This document shows positions 13,695 through 30,391 of a DNA stretch of 64,000 nucleotides, one piece after another. Source of the stretch: Chromera velia (lineage: Eukaryota); the NCBI GenBank assembly GCA_018398765.1, contig JAHBMJ010000432.1, forward strand, positions 1-64,000, given 5' to 3'. The first letter of the stretch is position 1, and each line of letters opens with the position of its first letter. Below the pieces are notes generated by a model, which did not search any database, was not told the origin of the DNA, and saw only the letters and a program-made list of their open reading frames with translations. The translations under genes were made by a program, and so were the position numbers.

Positions 13695-14624
13695 TAGCGG
13701 AATTTTTAAAAAAATGGAATGATATATCCAATTTTTTGATCCATTTTCATTATTTAAGAATCTACTTTACATCTAACCTTGCATGTTATGACCTGCCGAA
13801 TGTTAAACACACAAAATGCCCAAATAGGCCGATGATCTCATAACAATGACATAGAATTAATAATGATGATAGTGCGTTTACTAGTGCGTAAAAGTAACAG
13901 TGCTAGTGACAGTGGCCCAATGCTGCAAAGTTAATAGTATATATTATTGTATGTTTAACATTTAGGTGAGGATTTTATGTTCCGAGAATCCCTGCGGATC
14001 ACTGTCAGATGTCGGCTTGCATTCGGATCAGCTGAGAAAAGACAAACACAAATATCGCATGAGGAATGCCTGCCTTGTTCAACTGATCTGAGCAATGATC
14101 TTGTGACAGAACAGAGCCCCAGTGAAATTATTTTTTTCTTTCCCGCTTCAAACAAGTTAAGCCAAGTCGAAACGGGCTCCAAGCTTCATTTTGCTAGCCG
14201 CCCTCCCACACCAATGAACCCGTTCTTTGCACGCCCCTTTCGAAAAGCATCCTCAAGAGCCTTTTCGGAAACGGCCACCATCCTGACTGCACCGTCCGAT
14301 TCAACTTTAAAGACGGGGCAGATGCTTTCCTCTTCCTCCTGAATGGAGCTGGCTGACAGAGCAAGGGAAAAGGAGAAACAAAGACAGAGGAACAGAACCT
14401 CCGGCCCCCCCCTCGCCGCCTGTCTTGACACCTCAAAAGAGAATAGAACGAGGAGAAGGCTGAAGAGAGGACATAAAAGAGAAGAGACTTCCTCAGTGAC
14501 TTCTCTGCCGGTGCAGAGAAACAGTTCTTTTTGCATACCGACAGGAAGATAAGAGGGGAATTGATCCCTTCACTAATTGAACCGCCTCACCCACCCTTTC
14601 CGTGTTCTGCTTCATTTAGGTGTT

Positions 14625-17600
14625 TCAAGGAGCCGGTGTGCCGGTCATGGGTGCAGCGTTACTGCTGTGGGTGGCGGTGACGGTACCGGATGCATCGTCC
14701 TTGATGACGACGTTGGCCTTGTACCCGACGGGCTTCATCACGATGTCGTCGCAGGTCTTCTCGATCAGCTTGGCGATCGTCTCCTCCTCCACGAACTCAT
14801 CGAACGTCGAGATGGGAATGGTGGAGTCGGTGGAGCTGAGACTGTTCAGGTATCCGATGAAGGAGGTGTCGGCATTGCCGAGAGGCACCATGATCACACG
14901 GATGCCTGCACCGATGGCATCGTTGATGGCGTACTCAGTCATCTGCCTCGCCCCATGGGTGCAGCAGGGGTAGCCGTCAGAGAAGATCATGATAGTCTGC
15001 TTGGCACCCTCGGCTGCCCGGCCACCCTCAACGAGGAGGTTCATGGCATGGGCAACGGCCATGGCGGTGTTGGTCACAGAGCCCATCCAGGACTTCTGCA
15101 TCTCTCCAGGATACAGACGCTTGATCTCATCCACGTCGTTGGTCAGGACGGAGTAGGTCTCAACACCGGAGGAGAAGATGACTGTGCCGAGCTGCAGTGC
15201 GGACAGAGAGAGCACGGAGAAAGAGAGGGAGAGGACGAGGTAAAGCGAGAGACGGCGAGGAGGACACAAGAACAGGTGTCAGTGTACTGAAGTAACACAC
15301 AGAGATGAGAAGGCCGAACGACCGAAAGAAACAAGAAAAGGGGGCGCAGCTGTTGCTTTCAACTGATCACTGCCCGTTTCCCCTCGCTTCTGCAGCCGTC
15401 TCCGAAAAGATGAAGCAGCAAAGCAAGAGCTGACACTCCTAGTCTATCAGAAAAAGGCGCGGCCCGTTAAGAAGAATGAGAAACTGCTACAATTACAAGA
15501 GCACGCACGCGGAGAGGTAAGGAGGGAGCTCAGAAAGAGACGGGCAGCAAAAAAAACATCCAACGAAAATTCTTCAGGAGGAGACACACACAGGGAGACG
15601 GAGTCAGAAATGACTGTCAGAGACAGATTAATACAGACACACAGAGACTGACTGACCTGCACGTGGGCGTAGTTGACTTGATGGGCAATCGCAGAGATAC
15701 CCTGGACAACCTTAGGCCAGTTCCAGAACCCGATAGACCCGGAGGAGTCGACAACGAGGATGATATCCATCTTGGTGTTACAGATGGGAACACCAGGTGC
15801 GCAGCTCTGGGTGTTGCACTCAATGATCTCGTACCTCTGGGGGTTGCGCTTGCCGGGGCAGACGCCACCACCGACAGCCTCCTTCTTGACGTGCTTCTCT
15901 CTGTACTGCTTTCCACCGCCACAGTAGGCAGTACACTCGGAGTACTCAGTCCAGTCGGTCAGCTCGCAGTCCTCGTCGCAGATGCCTGCGTTGCAGTCAG
16001 CAGACTCTTGGAGAGCGGGGCACGCCTCACCTCCATGCATCGGGTGGACCTCAATGTCTCTCACTCTGTAGTGAGTTCCAATGCCGCACTCGGCGGAGCA
16101 GTGGCTCCACTCACCCCACACACCGACCTGCATAAGGTCAAAACAGGAAAGCGAAAAGACCGCTGATAGAGCAAGGCTGCCGACCAGTTGGAAAAATTGT
16201 CGCACTGGGTTTGTTGTGAGCTTGAGGACCTGAAACGGACTGTGAGAAGTGGAAAAAGAGGCGACTGTCCGACCAAGCAGTGGACTTTGTTTCCTTTCTG
16301 TACCAACTCAATCTCCCCATTGTCTTGTTCTGCTTCTTTCTTTTGCTCCATTCTGTCCTTTTATCTCCCTCTCCTGCTCTATCTGAGAGGGCGGATCGGT
16401 CTCTGCGAGGGCCCTAGAGGCTCACTCCCGCCGTGACTCTCTGTCTGTACCACTCCCTCTCCCTCTCACACGCACACGCACACACATACACACACACACA
16501 TGAATGCACACATGCGAAGACACACACTGAAAGATTGTCACATTTTGTCTCTGTCACACACACACAACTCCACGCACACACCGACTCTTTGCTCTGTTTC
16601 TTTCTCTTCCCCTTTCTCTGACCGACCGACCGACCGACCGACCGACCTTGCACTTGACGGGGCAGGCGAACATGCTGCACTGAGTTGTGAGCTCGAGGGA
16701 AGGACACTTGGTGCCGTACTTGGGTGAGGGCTTGATGAGCACCTCGCGTGTCCAGGTCTTGACTCCCCCTTCGCACGTGGCACTGCAGGCAGAGGCCTCA
16801 AAGGGAGAAACCTCGCAGTCCCAGATCTCGTTGGGGACGGAGTCCATGCGCATGAGCTCGGTCTTGACCCTGATCGCTCCGCACATGGCGGACTTCTGCT
16901 CCTTGATGGTGGTCTCGCAGTAGGTTCTCTGCTCCTCGTAGTGATCAAGCACCTCCTTGTAGTTGGTCTCGATAGAGCGGATGGTCTCCTTGAGCTCGGT
17001 GATGCGGGAGGCGAGGGCAGCGCCGTGCTTGGAGCAGTTCTCGATGTGGGTGTCCCACCCGGCGATGTCAATCTCCATGCGCTTCTTGGTCTCGTCGCAC
17101 ACACGAGCGTTGTCGGCGCGGTACTTCTCTTCCTCTGTGAGCTCGGCGTCGATGTCGCCACCGAGGTCGGAGAGGGTCTCGAAGAACTGAGGGCAGAGGG
17201 GGGAGCCTGCAAAGGAACAGGTTGCCTCTGCATCAACGTCCTCACCCGCGAGCTGCCTGTTCCTGATCTCCTTTGCGAGATCGCGGGCCTCCTTGTTCTG
17301 GGAGGACGGGGTGCCGCCGAGGTTGACGGCGTTGTAGGAGGGGAGGGGGGTGGTGGCGGCGGGCATAGGGGTGGTGGCGGCGGTCTCGACAGTCTGCTGA
17401 AGGAGGGCCTCGAGGTGGTTTTGCAGTTCCCTGAACTTCTTGTTGCTCATCTGGACCATCATCTTGGCGGTCTGCGTATCCTCGAAGGAGAGGAACGAGA
17501 CGCCGTCGGGGAAGGAGCAGCGGAGGAGAGACATGCCCTTGGAGGAGTCGATGAGGCTCTGCTGCTTCTTGGTGAGGCGGTACCGAGGCAAGCGGGCGTC

Positions 17601-20015
17601 CCCTCCATGTGCAGCGTTTCTGTTCATCTCCTTGTACTGATCTAGGAGAGCACGGGCTTTGGCCTTCAGCTCGTCCTTGGTCTTTGCATGTCCGACCTGC
17701 AACAGTAGAGAGAGAAAGGGGGACTGTGAGTCAGAATTCGAGAAGAAGGCAACATCAGGAAGAACATTCAAAGACATGTGTCATTCGATGGGGGTATTTG
17801 ATGTACGTCGATTTCAAGGGAAGCCAGCCGACAGACAGACAGGAATGGACTTGAGAGGTTGACATCCATCTTGTCGTATCTTTTTTGTTTCTGTTCCAGA
17901 GCGCTTAAAGGCAGCAGACAGACAAGAACAGAAGCATCACGAAATTGAGGGAGGACGGACCATATCGTCTTTTATTTTCCTCTGCCTCTTTCTTCATTCA
18001 CTTCTGTTGTTTCTTTTCTACAGGATGATACGAAGAAAAGGAGGGAAGACAAAGAGGCAGACAACAAAGCAGAATGAGTAGAGGAAATCAAGACTTTCCG
18101 AAGAAAAGTACGAGAAGAAAGAATGAGTGCAGGAAGTGCCCGTCTCTGTCCATGGCCAACCAAACATACAGGACCCACCTGCAGGAGAGACGTGGGCTGT
18201 GTAACCTTGTTCCTCTGAGCTGCACCGGGCCCCTTGCCAACCGTGACGGTGGAGGGTTTGAAGGGGTCGGCAGGCTTGCACTTGTTGCCATCGATCACCC
18301 CCTTGACGACCTTCAAGTCAGAGGAGATGAGGGCAATGAGCTGCTTCGACTGCTCCTCTGCAAGAGCGCATTGGTTGTTGAACTCATCCAGCTCCTCCCT
18401 CAGCCTGTCCACGATGGCCTGCGAGCTCTCCTGCTCGGCCGACCACAGGTTCTTCTCGGCGATCGCGTCCTCCAACATCGCCCCTGCGTGCCCCTTGTCA
18501 GTCGCCATAGCGTCCAGAGTCACCTGGAGGTCGGCAAGGTCGTCTGTGCAAGAGGTGTAGGTGGTGTCTGCAGGAAGCAAAGAGGGAGGGAGTGGGGCAG
18601 GTATGTGAGTGGAAAGGGCAGCGAGTTTGCCAGAGAGCGAAGAGGTTGCACTCAGGAACGGCAGAGGGGGAGAAAAACGGCTAGGCACAGTCGATAGTTT
18701 GGTACCAGAATCTTTAAAACTTTGCTTTGAAGGTAGTGTATCCTCAGAGTGTTATGGCATGTGAGAGGCGTGGAGGCAGGAGCGGGGAAAGGAATGTCAA
18801 AACCGGCCGTTGGAAACACTGAGCTGCTGCGGGTCTCTGCTGAAGAGCAAATGGAGAGAACCAGGCACCACGTGTGGGGTGGCCGGCCTGAACTGGACTG
18901 GGCGGAGGGAGGTGGGGCGACAAGAGAGAGAGCACTGCACTAGCAGGAGCACTAGACGGTTGGAAGCAAGGACGTGAGGAAGGAAGGATCGAGGAGAGGA
19001 GACCCTGTGAACGAATAGGGTTGGAAGGGTCGGAAGCGCCGATCAGGTGGTTGAAGATAGAGGACGGAAAGGGAAGCGAGAGATGAAAGTGGAGAGAGCA
19101 AGACCATAGAGCAGGAAAGCTTCGGAGAAGCAGTGCAAGATCGCTGCGATAGAGAGACTCCATACTGCGTGCACGGGGGAACTGGAGAACATGCGGGGGG
19201 GGCCTTGGGGGCGGGGGCACAGCGGCAAAGAGTCCTAGGTGGCAGCCCGATCACAAGAGTCGGTGGGAAGGGACAGAAAGTCGGCACATGGGGGAAGGAA
19301 GGGGAAGAGAGCGCAGGGAAAGAAGTTCAGAGACGGCGGCCGCAAGGATACACGTCTGTTGCACGAGAGAGTTCCGGTATGGGAATATTGACACGCAACA
19401 AGCATCGAAAATCAAGGAAACGTGTTCCTGCCGATAAGCTTCTATGCAGGAGGGGCCGTCTCGGGGCACAAGAGAACCCCTCCTTCGGTGGTCAACAAAA
19501 ACAACAGCAGAGACGGAAATGAAAAAAAACATAAAAACAAAAAAAAAGCAGGAGAAGAAGCTTGAGCACCTCAAGAAAACGACTGACCGAGCTCCTCCTG
19601 TGCCTTCTCAAACACTTCGTTGATTTTCTGGACCACAGCAGCGGGGTTGTAGTCAGGTCCGAAGGAATCCTCCCCGGCCTCTCCTTGAAGGAAGGCCTTG
19701 ATGTCGTCGGGAATGTTGGCGGTTCCAACGGCTTGCATTGCATCCTCCACACTGAGGTTCTTGGCAATTTCCTTCAAGCTTGCCATGTTGTCTTGGACCA
19801 CATTCCATTCTGAAAGCACGGGAGAGAAGCAGGCGGAGAAGGAAGACGCAATGACAAAACCTGCTAGTTGAAAGGGGGGCGTGGATACACTCGATGAAAA
19901 AATATATATGGGGCTGACTTGTGGCTTTCTTTTCTCCAGCGTTGTGCTTGTTGATAACACTCAGAGCTGCCTCGCCAGCCACGAGGAAGCCGGCTGTGAC
20001 AATAGTGGACTTCAT
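14625..20015 (-). CDS. Secreted coiled-coil + 3x thrombospondin type 1 + von Willebrand A domain protein
   Basis: Six in-phase exons: 20015-19919, 19809-19588, 18567-18179, 17696-16647, 16127-15657, 15191-14625. Signal-peptide-like MKSTIVTAGFLVAGEAA; TSP1 motifs (CSATCEGG, WGEWSHCSAECG, WTEYSECTAYCGGG); vWA MIDAS DSSGS...T...SDG; no C-terminal TM. Confidence 0.9.
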
Positions 20016-21035
20016 CCTTCGGAGTCTGGAGAAGAAGGACAGGGAAAATACTTAACTTACTCACGTCTCACAAGAGACGGAAAGAGTTCGGGAGAAGGAA
20101 AGAGTTGGGTCAAGAAACAAACCGCCAAAGAACTAGACAGTCGAATCTGAGCAAACTCTGATTCTTTCCCCACTGATCACAGATAAACCCGGGCTTCGAA
20201 TCCTTTAAGTCCATATGGCTTGGGCTGATCAAACCGTGATTCAGACGATTCAGTGACGAGAGCATGACGAGAGGACTGCCAGAATTTAAATGGCATATAT
20301 CATTGGCCCCGGAAAGCGTAGCGTGGGGCACTATTGGGGCACTTGTACCGGCCGTTCGCCGCGCCCGGCGCGCCGCATGCAGCCGAGCTCAGCCGAGCTC
20401 AGCCGAGCTGACTCAATTAACCAATTTTGAAACGAGGGTTCGTGGATGCATAGCACATCCCAGCATACCGGCCGTTAGTTCGAACGGTATTGGGTATCGT
20501 GCCTAGGCCAGTTTATTCTTAATCTACCCTAATCTATCCACCCTTAGTTTCTGACTCTGCCTGCCTCTCTATTACATTTTTTTTCCTAGTTTCTCTTTTA
20601 CATCAACTTCAATCGCCCCTGCCGGCCCGAAATTGACCCGGAATCACTTAACTCACTCTCAAGCAACGACTTTTCAACAAACGACTCTTCCTGTCCGATT
20701 TTTTTTTTTCTCTCCAATCCTTTACTTCTTTACGCTTCTCCGTCGTTCTCCGTCCATTCAATCAGCTCGGTCTTCACTTCACCCTATCCTTCACTCGCCG
20801 TTAGCGCCCCCTGCCCCCTGCATGAAGACAGAAAACGCTGCTACGTCGTAAGCCAGCAATGGCTCCACTTGGAAAGGACCCTTTCTCCCTCTCTGTAAGT
20901 GAATGGAAGAAAACACGTTTGCTGCTACAAATCTCTGCAAGGTGTACGACAGAATTTTGAAGTACTGTTGCATCAGTTTGCCCTGGACCGCTGCAAAGTC
21001 TTCACCCCCCCTCACTCTATTTGCTGCATGATTTG

Positions 21036-22782
21036 TACCCCCAAGAAGGTTTTCTATGGTTGATCTGGAGCGGCCGCCAAAGCCTGGGCGCCGAAGGCGT
21101 CTGGCTGCCAAAGCCTGACCGTGCCGAAAGCGTGGCCATGCTAAAGCCCAACCATGCCGAAGGCGCGGCCATACCAAAGCCTGACCAAAGTCCACAGCTC
21201 TATGCATCCATGAACCTTCAAGAAGAGCTCTATCAGCTGTTTGCATGCATGCATGCATTTTGGTGTAAAAGCTGTCTGAAAAACGTCTCGGTCTTCTGGC
21301 CTGTTACTGTATGTCGGTCTGCTATGGTCAGCACCTACTCTTAGGCTGGCGAATTCGGTCTAACCGTGTCTGAAAATGAATGAATGAATGAATAAATGAA
21401 TGAATGGCATTGAATGAATGAATGAATGAATGAATAGATAAATGAATGAATGAATGAATGAATGAATGAATGAATGCATAGGTGAGTAAGCGCGGGTGTC
21501 ATACTGAGTGCGTAAGTGTAGGAGTGAGTGAAGAAGTGAGTGGGTGGGTGAACGAATCAGTGAGTGAATGAATGATTAGGTGGGTAGGTGGGTGAGTGAG
21601 TGAATGGATGGATGATTGAGTGAAGGTGGGTAAAAGAGCTAGTGAGTGTGGGTGGGTGAGTCAGTGAGTAAATGAGGGCGTTGGTGAATAAGGCAGTGGG
21701 TGAATGAATAATGAATGAGTGAATGAATGAATGAATGCATACATGAATGAATGAATGAGTCAGTGAGTGAGCGTGGATGAGTGCATGAGTGTGGAAGTGA
21801 GTGAAGAAGTGAGTGGGTGCTTGAATGAATCAGTGAGTGAGTGAGTGAGTGAGTGAGTGAGTGAATGGCTGAGTGAATGAGAGAGACTCTCAGTGGGTAA
21901 GGTCGGCAGTGTACAGAAGGAAGTGAAGAAGGCTTTCGCCTTCGATGTTTTTACTGGTCGTCACGGTAACTGGGCTCCGAGAAGTAATGAACAGTTGGAG
22001 ACTGGCTTTCACACTTCTAATCTGATGCATCGCCTATAAGCGAGAACAGAGCCAGCTCGCCATTAGTTGATCCTGACGTGTTTTTTGAAAACGCAGTGAA
22101 TCAAAAAAAAGTTAAAGAGAAACAGAAAAGGAGAAAGAATGGGGGACAGCCTAGAGCAGAGCAGGTGCCTTCTCTTGACGTAGGAAGAGAGGAGAACGAA
22201 ACGTCAGACTAGTATGTCAGACATGGAATCGTTTGATTCTGCTGTATATACGCCGCCTGCATTTGACCACGCAGCCCGTCCCGCGAACAGAAATATAAGG
22301 AGAAGTAAAATTAAAAGCTTTAAACTACTTTAAACTCCTTTAAACTATATAATTGCATCATGAAAAGCAATTTGAAATTTAGTTCAGATAAAACATTTTA
22401 TTTCTAATTTCATTTTACATGTTAATTCAATTTTTTTTATAGTAGATGGTTTAACTAGTAGTTTAAATTAAATTTGAAAGAGCCGAACGGATTTCGGTGG
22501 TTTAAAGACATTTTAGAACGGATTTCAGTGTCTTGAAGAGCTTTATCTAGAAAAGTAGTGAAGCGTTAAGGGGGTAGTTATAATATTTTTAAGCTACTAT
22601 GGGCTGGAGCTGTATTGCATACTAGAAAGAATTAGTTTTCTATCGTCGGAGCCCTGACAATATTGCATACTAGAAAGAATGAGCTTTCTATCGCCAAAGC
22701 CCTGGCACTAAAGGTACCAGCCTGCCAAAGCCCGAAGTTTAATTGACAGACCATAGAGTCACAGGAAGGCTTCTTGGGGGTA
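21036..22782. mobile_element. Non-autonomous DNA transposon, hAT-like (13-bp TIR, 8-bp TSD)
   Basis: TSD ATGATTTG at 21028-21035 and 22783-22790; TIR TACCCCCAAGAAG / CTTCTTGGGGGTA; subterminal GCCAAAGCC repeats near both ends; no transposase ORF. Confidence 0.85.
21376..21880. repeat. (GAAT)n/(GAGT)n degenerate tetranucleotide array inside the hAT-like element
   Basis: Directly visible. Confidence 0.9.
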
Positions 22783-24029
22783 ATGATTTGCTACAGTTAT
22801 CAAAAACTCCACTGTCCTCTTCCCCGGCCTTCTATACGTTTCAAACACCAGCGAGACAAATTCGAGGCCTAGCTCTTTACAGATGGCTTTGTACTTCCTG
22901 TCCTTTACCGTTTCTATGTCTCTGGCTGCTGCTTTTGCATAATTGGACATTCAGCGTAGGCGGGCTGTATCCACAGATATGGGATGAGTGACGGACACGT
23001 CTCCGAGATAGCTGTCCCCTGATGGCATTCCTGATAGGAAGTCTGGTCTCTTCTGGCTTTCCTCGACCAATCTGTTCGGGGTGGAAAGGCCGAGCTGTGC
23101 AAACGTACGTTCTCTCGACATGTAGGTATGATGCACCTAACTGCATGACTCATGCACTCAGCCGAGCTCAACCGACCTCGATCATGCAGCCAACTGACTC
23201 ACTGATCATCATGCCATCATGCATGGCTCAGCCGAGCTGACTCAACACCCGCTTTGTTGCGTGCGTCAGATCAGACATCATATGAGGATCGAATGCATGA
23301 GGATCGATCATGCAGGGAGGCAAACGGGACGCATGCAATGGGAGGATATGGGAGGCAAAAGGCCTCTTACATATATATGCTCTCTACAATATTAATATAT
23401 AATCTCACTACTACAAAGCAGCTAGGAAGCTAGTCGGTCGGTCAAATGCTCAAATATGAAGTCTTCGCCTATCTTCGTCTTGGATAACAAAGCCCACGTG
23501 AGTAATTTCAGTGAACGGGCGGAAGAAATTTTCGATCTCCTCACACGACAGAGAAACGTCCGTACCCGACAAGCTGTACGTATCCCCTCACCCATCCTCT
23601 TGTACTGCTCCACACACACTTTGGAGCTTGAAGTCCCGAAGCTCGACGGTGACCCCCACTTTTCGCAGCTCTGCGTGGTACTTGGCACGCTCATCGTCAT
23701 TCAGTGACAGTCTACACGGTTGGCTTTTTGCCTTCGAGTGCAAGCAACTGAAATGAATCTCCGTCGATGACATATACAATGAAAACAGGAACGGAACCGT
23801 CTTTTTCGTCTGTTTGAGTGAACCCACATTCCATCAGCAGCTGAGGAAGGAACGGATCAACGATCCAGTCTGCAGTGATCCCGCATGGCTCCTGGCGACG
23901 GTCTACCCACTTTCGCTGATGATACAGGCAGGGGATCGTCAGAAGTACACTACAGATTTGCGACCAGGGGACGAATCGTGTTGTTTTGCCTCTGGGGGGC
24001 GTCCTTTGTGTTTCGGCCACCAGCAGCAA

Positions 24030-27258
<3,229 letters not shown>

Positions 27259-28429
27259 AGAACTTCAGGAGAGATCGATGCACTCACTCTCTTATTCATT
27301 CACTCACTCATTCAGTCACTCACTGATACAGCAGAGCGTCGACTTCTCGAAGGACTGAGAAGTGAAGGGGGTAGGGAGATTTGATAAGCGGGTGGCTCTC
27401 GGTTGCCTGCCCGCATTTCATAGCGGCAGCAATTAAGACGCGTTGCACAGTGCAACCCGAGCTCCAGCTTTTCTGGAAAGAAGGGGGGGGGGGGAGACAC
27501 CGGATCGACTGAGACCTGCGACTAGCTTTCACGAGAGAAGGACGATATCCACAACGATATCTTGACATGATAGTTGTTTGATGCGATTCTATATTTCGAA
27601 CACATTCAAACTAACAGTGCTCATAGGCTAACTCTTTATGGTTCACAAGAAATCGACCTCCAAAGTTTAACTAAAATTAGTAATTTATCTTTGTAAATTA
27701 CTTTAGTGTACTATTCTAAATTACTTTAAATTACTCTAAATTGCTTTAAATTATTTTAAATTACTAAGCTAAATTACTCAAATTTGCAGGGTATATGAAA
27801 AAATTCTAGGAAAAAAATATACACAAAAAAAATAGAAATGTGGTTGTTCAGCGAGTTACCAAATGTTGCCGAGTGAGAGCCCATCTTTAACAATCTGCCC
27901 TGCATATTGTGACTTGCCGAACGCTAGAGGCCTATTATGGGCCGATGCCGATGGTGTATAATGATGATGATGATACATAAAATCAAATTGATATTTTTAT
28001 TTGCTTTTAGGATTAGGATTTATGTTTCGGGTCACCCCGCGGTCCACTGCCGGGCCTCGACAGTAGGCTCGACTTGCACGTTTTAACACACTTTTTATGT
28101 ACAGTGTACACTTTTATAAGGTCACACACACAGATTAATGGCTCCTGTGCTAGCTGGTGCTACCGTGCTAGGTCTTGTGCCGTTTGGTCTATCTCGCATG
28201 TTTCCTCTTGTTGAAGGTCTTGTTTGTCGGCCGCCAACTACCACTCGGGCCGTCGATTCAAAAGAAAGCCAAAGGGGACATCGCTGTACACCTGCAGGCA
28301 TACAACGGCATGCGCATCTTGCAAAGTGCACAATTACGCTTCCTGACTTTCTCTTTGTCAGTCTCTCTTGCATGCCTTTGGAGAAGTCGATCAAGGGATC
28401 TGGTGAGTGGGGCGCAACACACTGCGGGC

Positions 28430-28430
28430 T

Positions 28431-28465
<35 letters not shown>

Positions 28466-28495
28466 GATACATACACACACACATACACATACATG

Positions 28496-28529
<34 letters not shown>

Positions 28530-28619
28530 CATACACATACATACATACACACACACATACACATACATACATACACACACACATGCACACATACACACAC
28601 ATGCACACATGCACACATG

Positions 28620-28662
<43 letters not shown>

Positions 28663-28852
28663 ACACACGAACACACACATTTGCAAGCCACTTTATGGAA
28701 TCACAAATGCATTGACAGCGTCACTCCAAGCGGAGCATGGAGTCTCGAGAACGCGAGAAAAGGAAAACTTGCAGACAGACAGGCAGGCAGGCAGGAAGGC
28801 AGGAAGGAAGGAAGGAAGGAAGGAAGGAAGAACAGAAAGAAAGAAAGAGACA

Positions 28853-28884
<32 letters not shown>

Positions 28885-28950
28885 GAACGAAAGAGAAAAG
28901 AAAGAACGAGAAAACAAAGAGAGAGAGAAAGAAAGAGGGAAAGAGGGAAA
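28430..28950. repeat. Compound (CA)n/(CATA)n and (GAAA)n/(GAAG)n microsatellites
   Basis: Directly visible. Confidence 0.9.
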
Positions 28951-29131
28951 TAGGGAAAGACGGGCAGGCAGACACACAGGCAGACAGACACTTGGAAACA
29001 AATGAAAACAAATAAACAAGAAACAAAGACAGAAAGAAGAAACGAAAACCAGAAGACGGGAGCCCGACGGAGTCATCCAAGCCTGTTTGTTTTATGGACG
29101 CTGTCCAGATGTATGCAGGGGGGTTCATTTC

Positions 29132-30105
29132 TTATAAGTGGTCGGAATTAAACGACGTTGATAACGATGTATAGGACAACTCCAGTCGGTAAGAAAGGAG
29201 GGAGCACGTATGCATGGAAGCATCAGTGGAAAGGAAATTGACGGCTCTGGTCCCTTCCACGGCTGCCACGGCCGTTACAAATTTCGTCAGTGCCCAAAGA
29301 AAGCTGAACTCCTGCTCATCTGACCTTTGCAAAGAGCTCTTCGGCTGCCGTAAACTTTCCCTTTTTTACATAGACTCCTGCAATTGCAAGCAATGTCGTT
29401 TGTCATTGGCAAGGAATATCGCGAGCATCAAAGACCAGAGCATTGTGCACAAGAAACAAAAGGAGTTCCTGATTACATAAGACGCAGACCGCTAAAACTC
29501 GAATCAGCAGAAACGTTTGGAGTTGATTGATCCAAATTTTGGGATGCGAAATCTGGACGTCTTGATGCTGTGCGAATCGTTGCCCTGTCATATGCATGCA
29601 CACCATGCACCCTCCCTCGTGGTGCCGACCCGCAAGGGCAGATGCGCAATCCTGATACATTTCCCACAGTTTGTTGATTGCCGAAGGACTCTTGTGCCAA
29701 TCCCTCCCCCCCCCCATCTCGTCCTCCATTTCCGGGCTTTTCCCTTTTTCCTCTGAAGTGCCCGGGCTGGGAGATCTTCTGGCATTTCCCCCCTCTTCCC
29801 CCTCTCCTTCTTCTCCGTCATTGGATTCCTTGAACACCCCCGCGGCATTCATGAAGAAGAGAGACTCCAACAGCTGGACTCCGCACGATAAAACTAGGGC
29901 TGCCCGTTTTTCTTTGCCAATGCACAGAAGCACCTGTCCCATTGCGGTGAGCAGCCCCACGTTGCGGGGTGTCTGTTCCTCTTTTCTAGCAGAAATCATC
30001 TGAAGGGACGAATGAATGAATGAATGAATGAATGAATGCATGAATGCATCAATGAATGAATTAATGCATGAATGAATGGATAGATGAGTTAGGGACATCA
30101 AACAG

Positions 30106-30137
<32 letters not shown>

Positions 30138-30360
30138 AGAGAGACAGAGAGAGAGAGAGAGTCGAAGAACGGAAAAAACGGAAGGCATCGCATCTATCAT
30201 ATGAAGCCGTAGAATGAAAGGGAAAGTGACAGGCGGCAGCTTGTGAGACTTTCACTCTTCCAAAAAAGCCAAAAAGCAAAGGATGTCGCTTTCTCTGTCT
30301 CCCACTATCTGTTTTTCTCTCTGCCCCTCTGTCTGTGTCTCTGTCTGTCTGTCTGTCTGT

Positions 30361-30391
<31 letters not shown>

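Larger units (their letters stand above)
20791..23140 (-). mobile_element. 5'-truncated non-LTR retrotransposon remnant, restriction-like endonuclease (RLE) domain, CRE/SLACS-like
   Basis: KRPDF...DVSVTHP...E.VKDRKYKAICKELGLEFVSLVFETY...EFL. The frame continues as ANHAANRV...ILSYTLQRFVAANV once the 21036-22782 insert is removed. One internal stop at 22951-22953. Confidence 0.75.

Noticed and set aside
14577..17645. Long plus-strand ORFs (14577-15290, 15663-16166, 16941-17645)
   Set aside because: Antisense shadows of the codon-biased TSP1-vWA gene
23404..23420. CACTACTACAAA as a CACTA transposon end
   Set aside because: No matching inverted end or 3-bp TSD found
28122..29128. Several 100-270 aa ORFs (HTHT, KERK, SFFL)
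   Set aside because: Stop-free microsatellite translations
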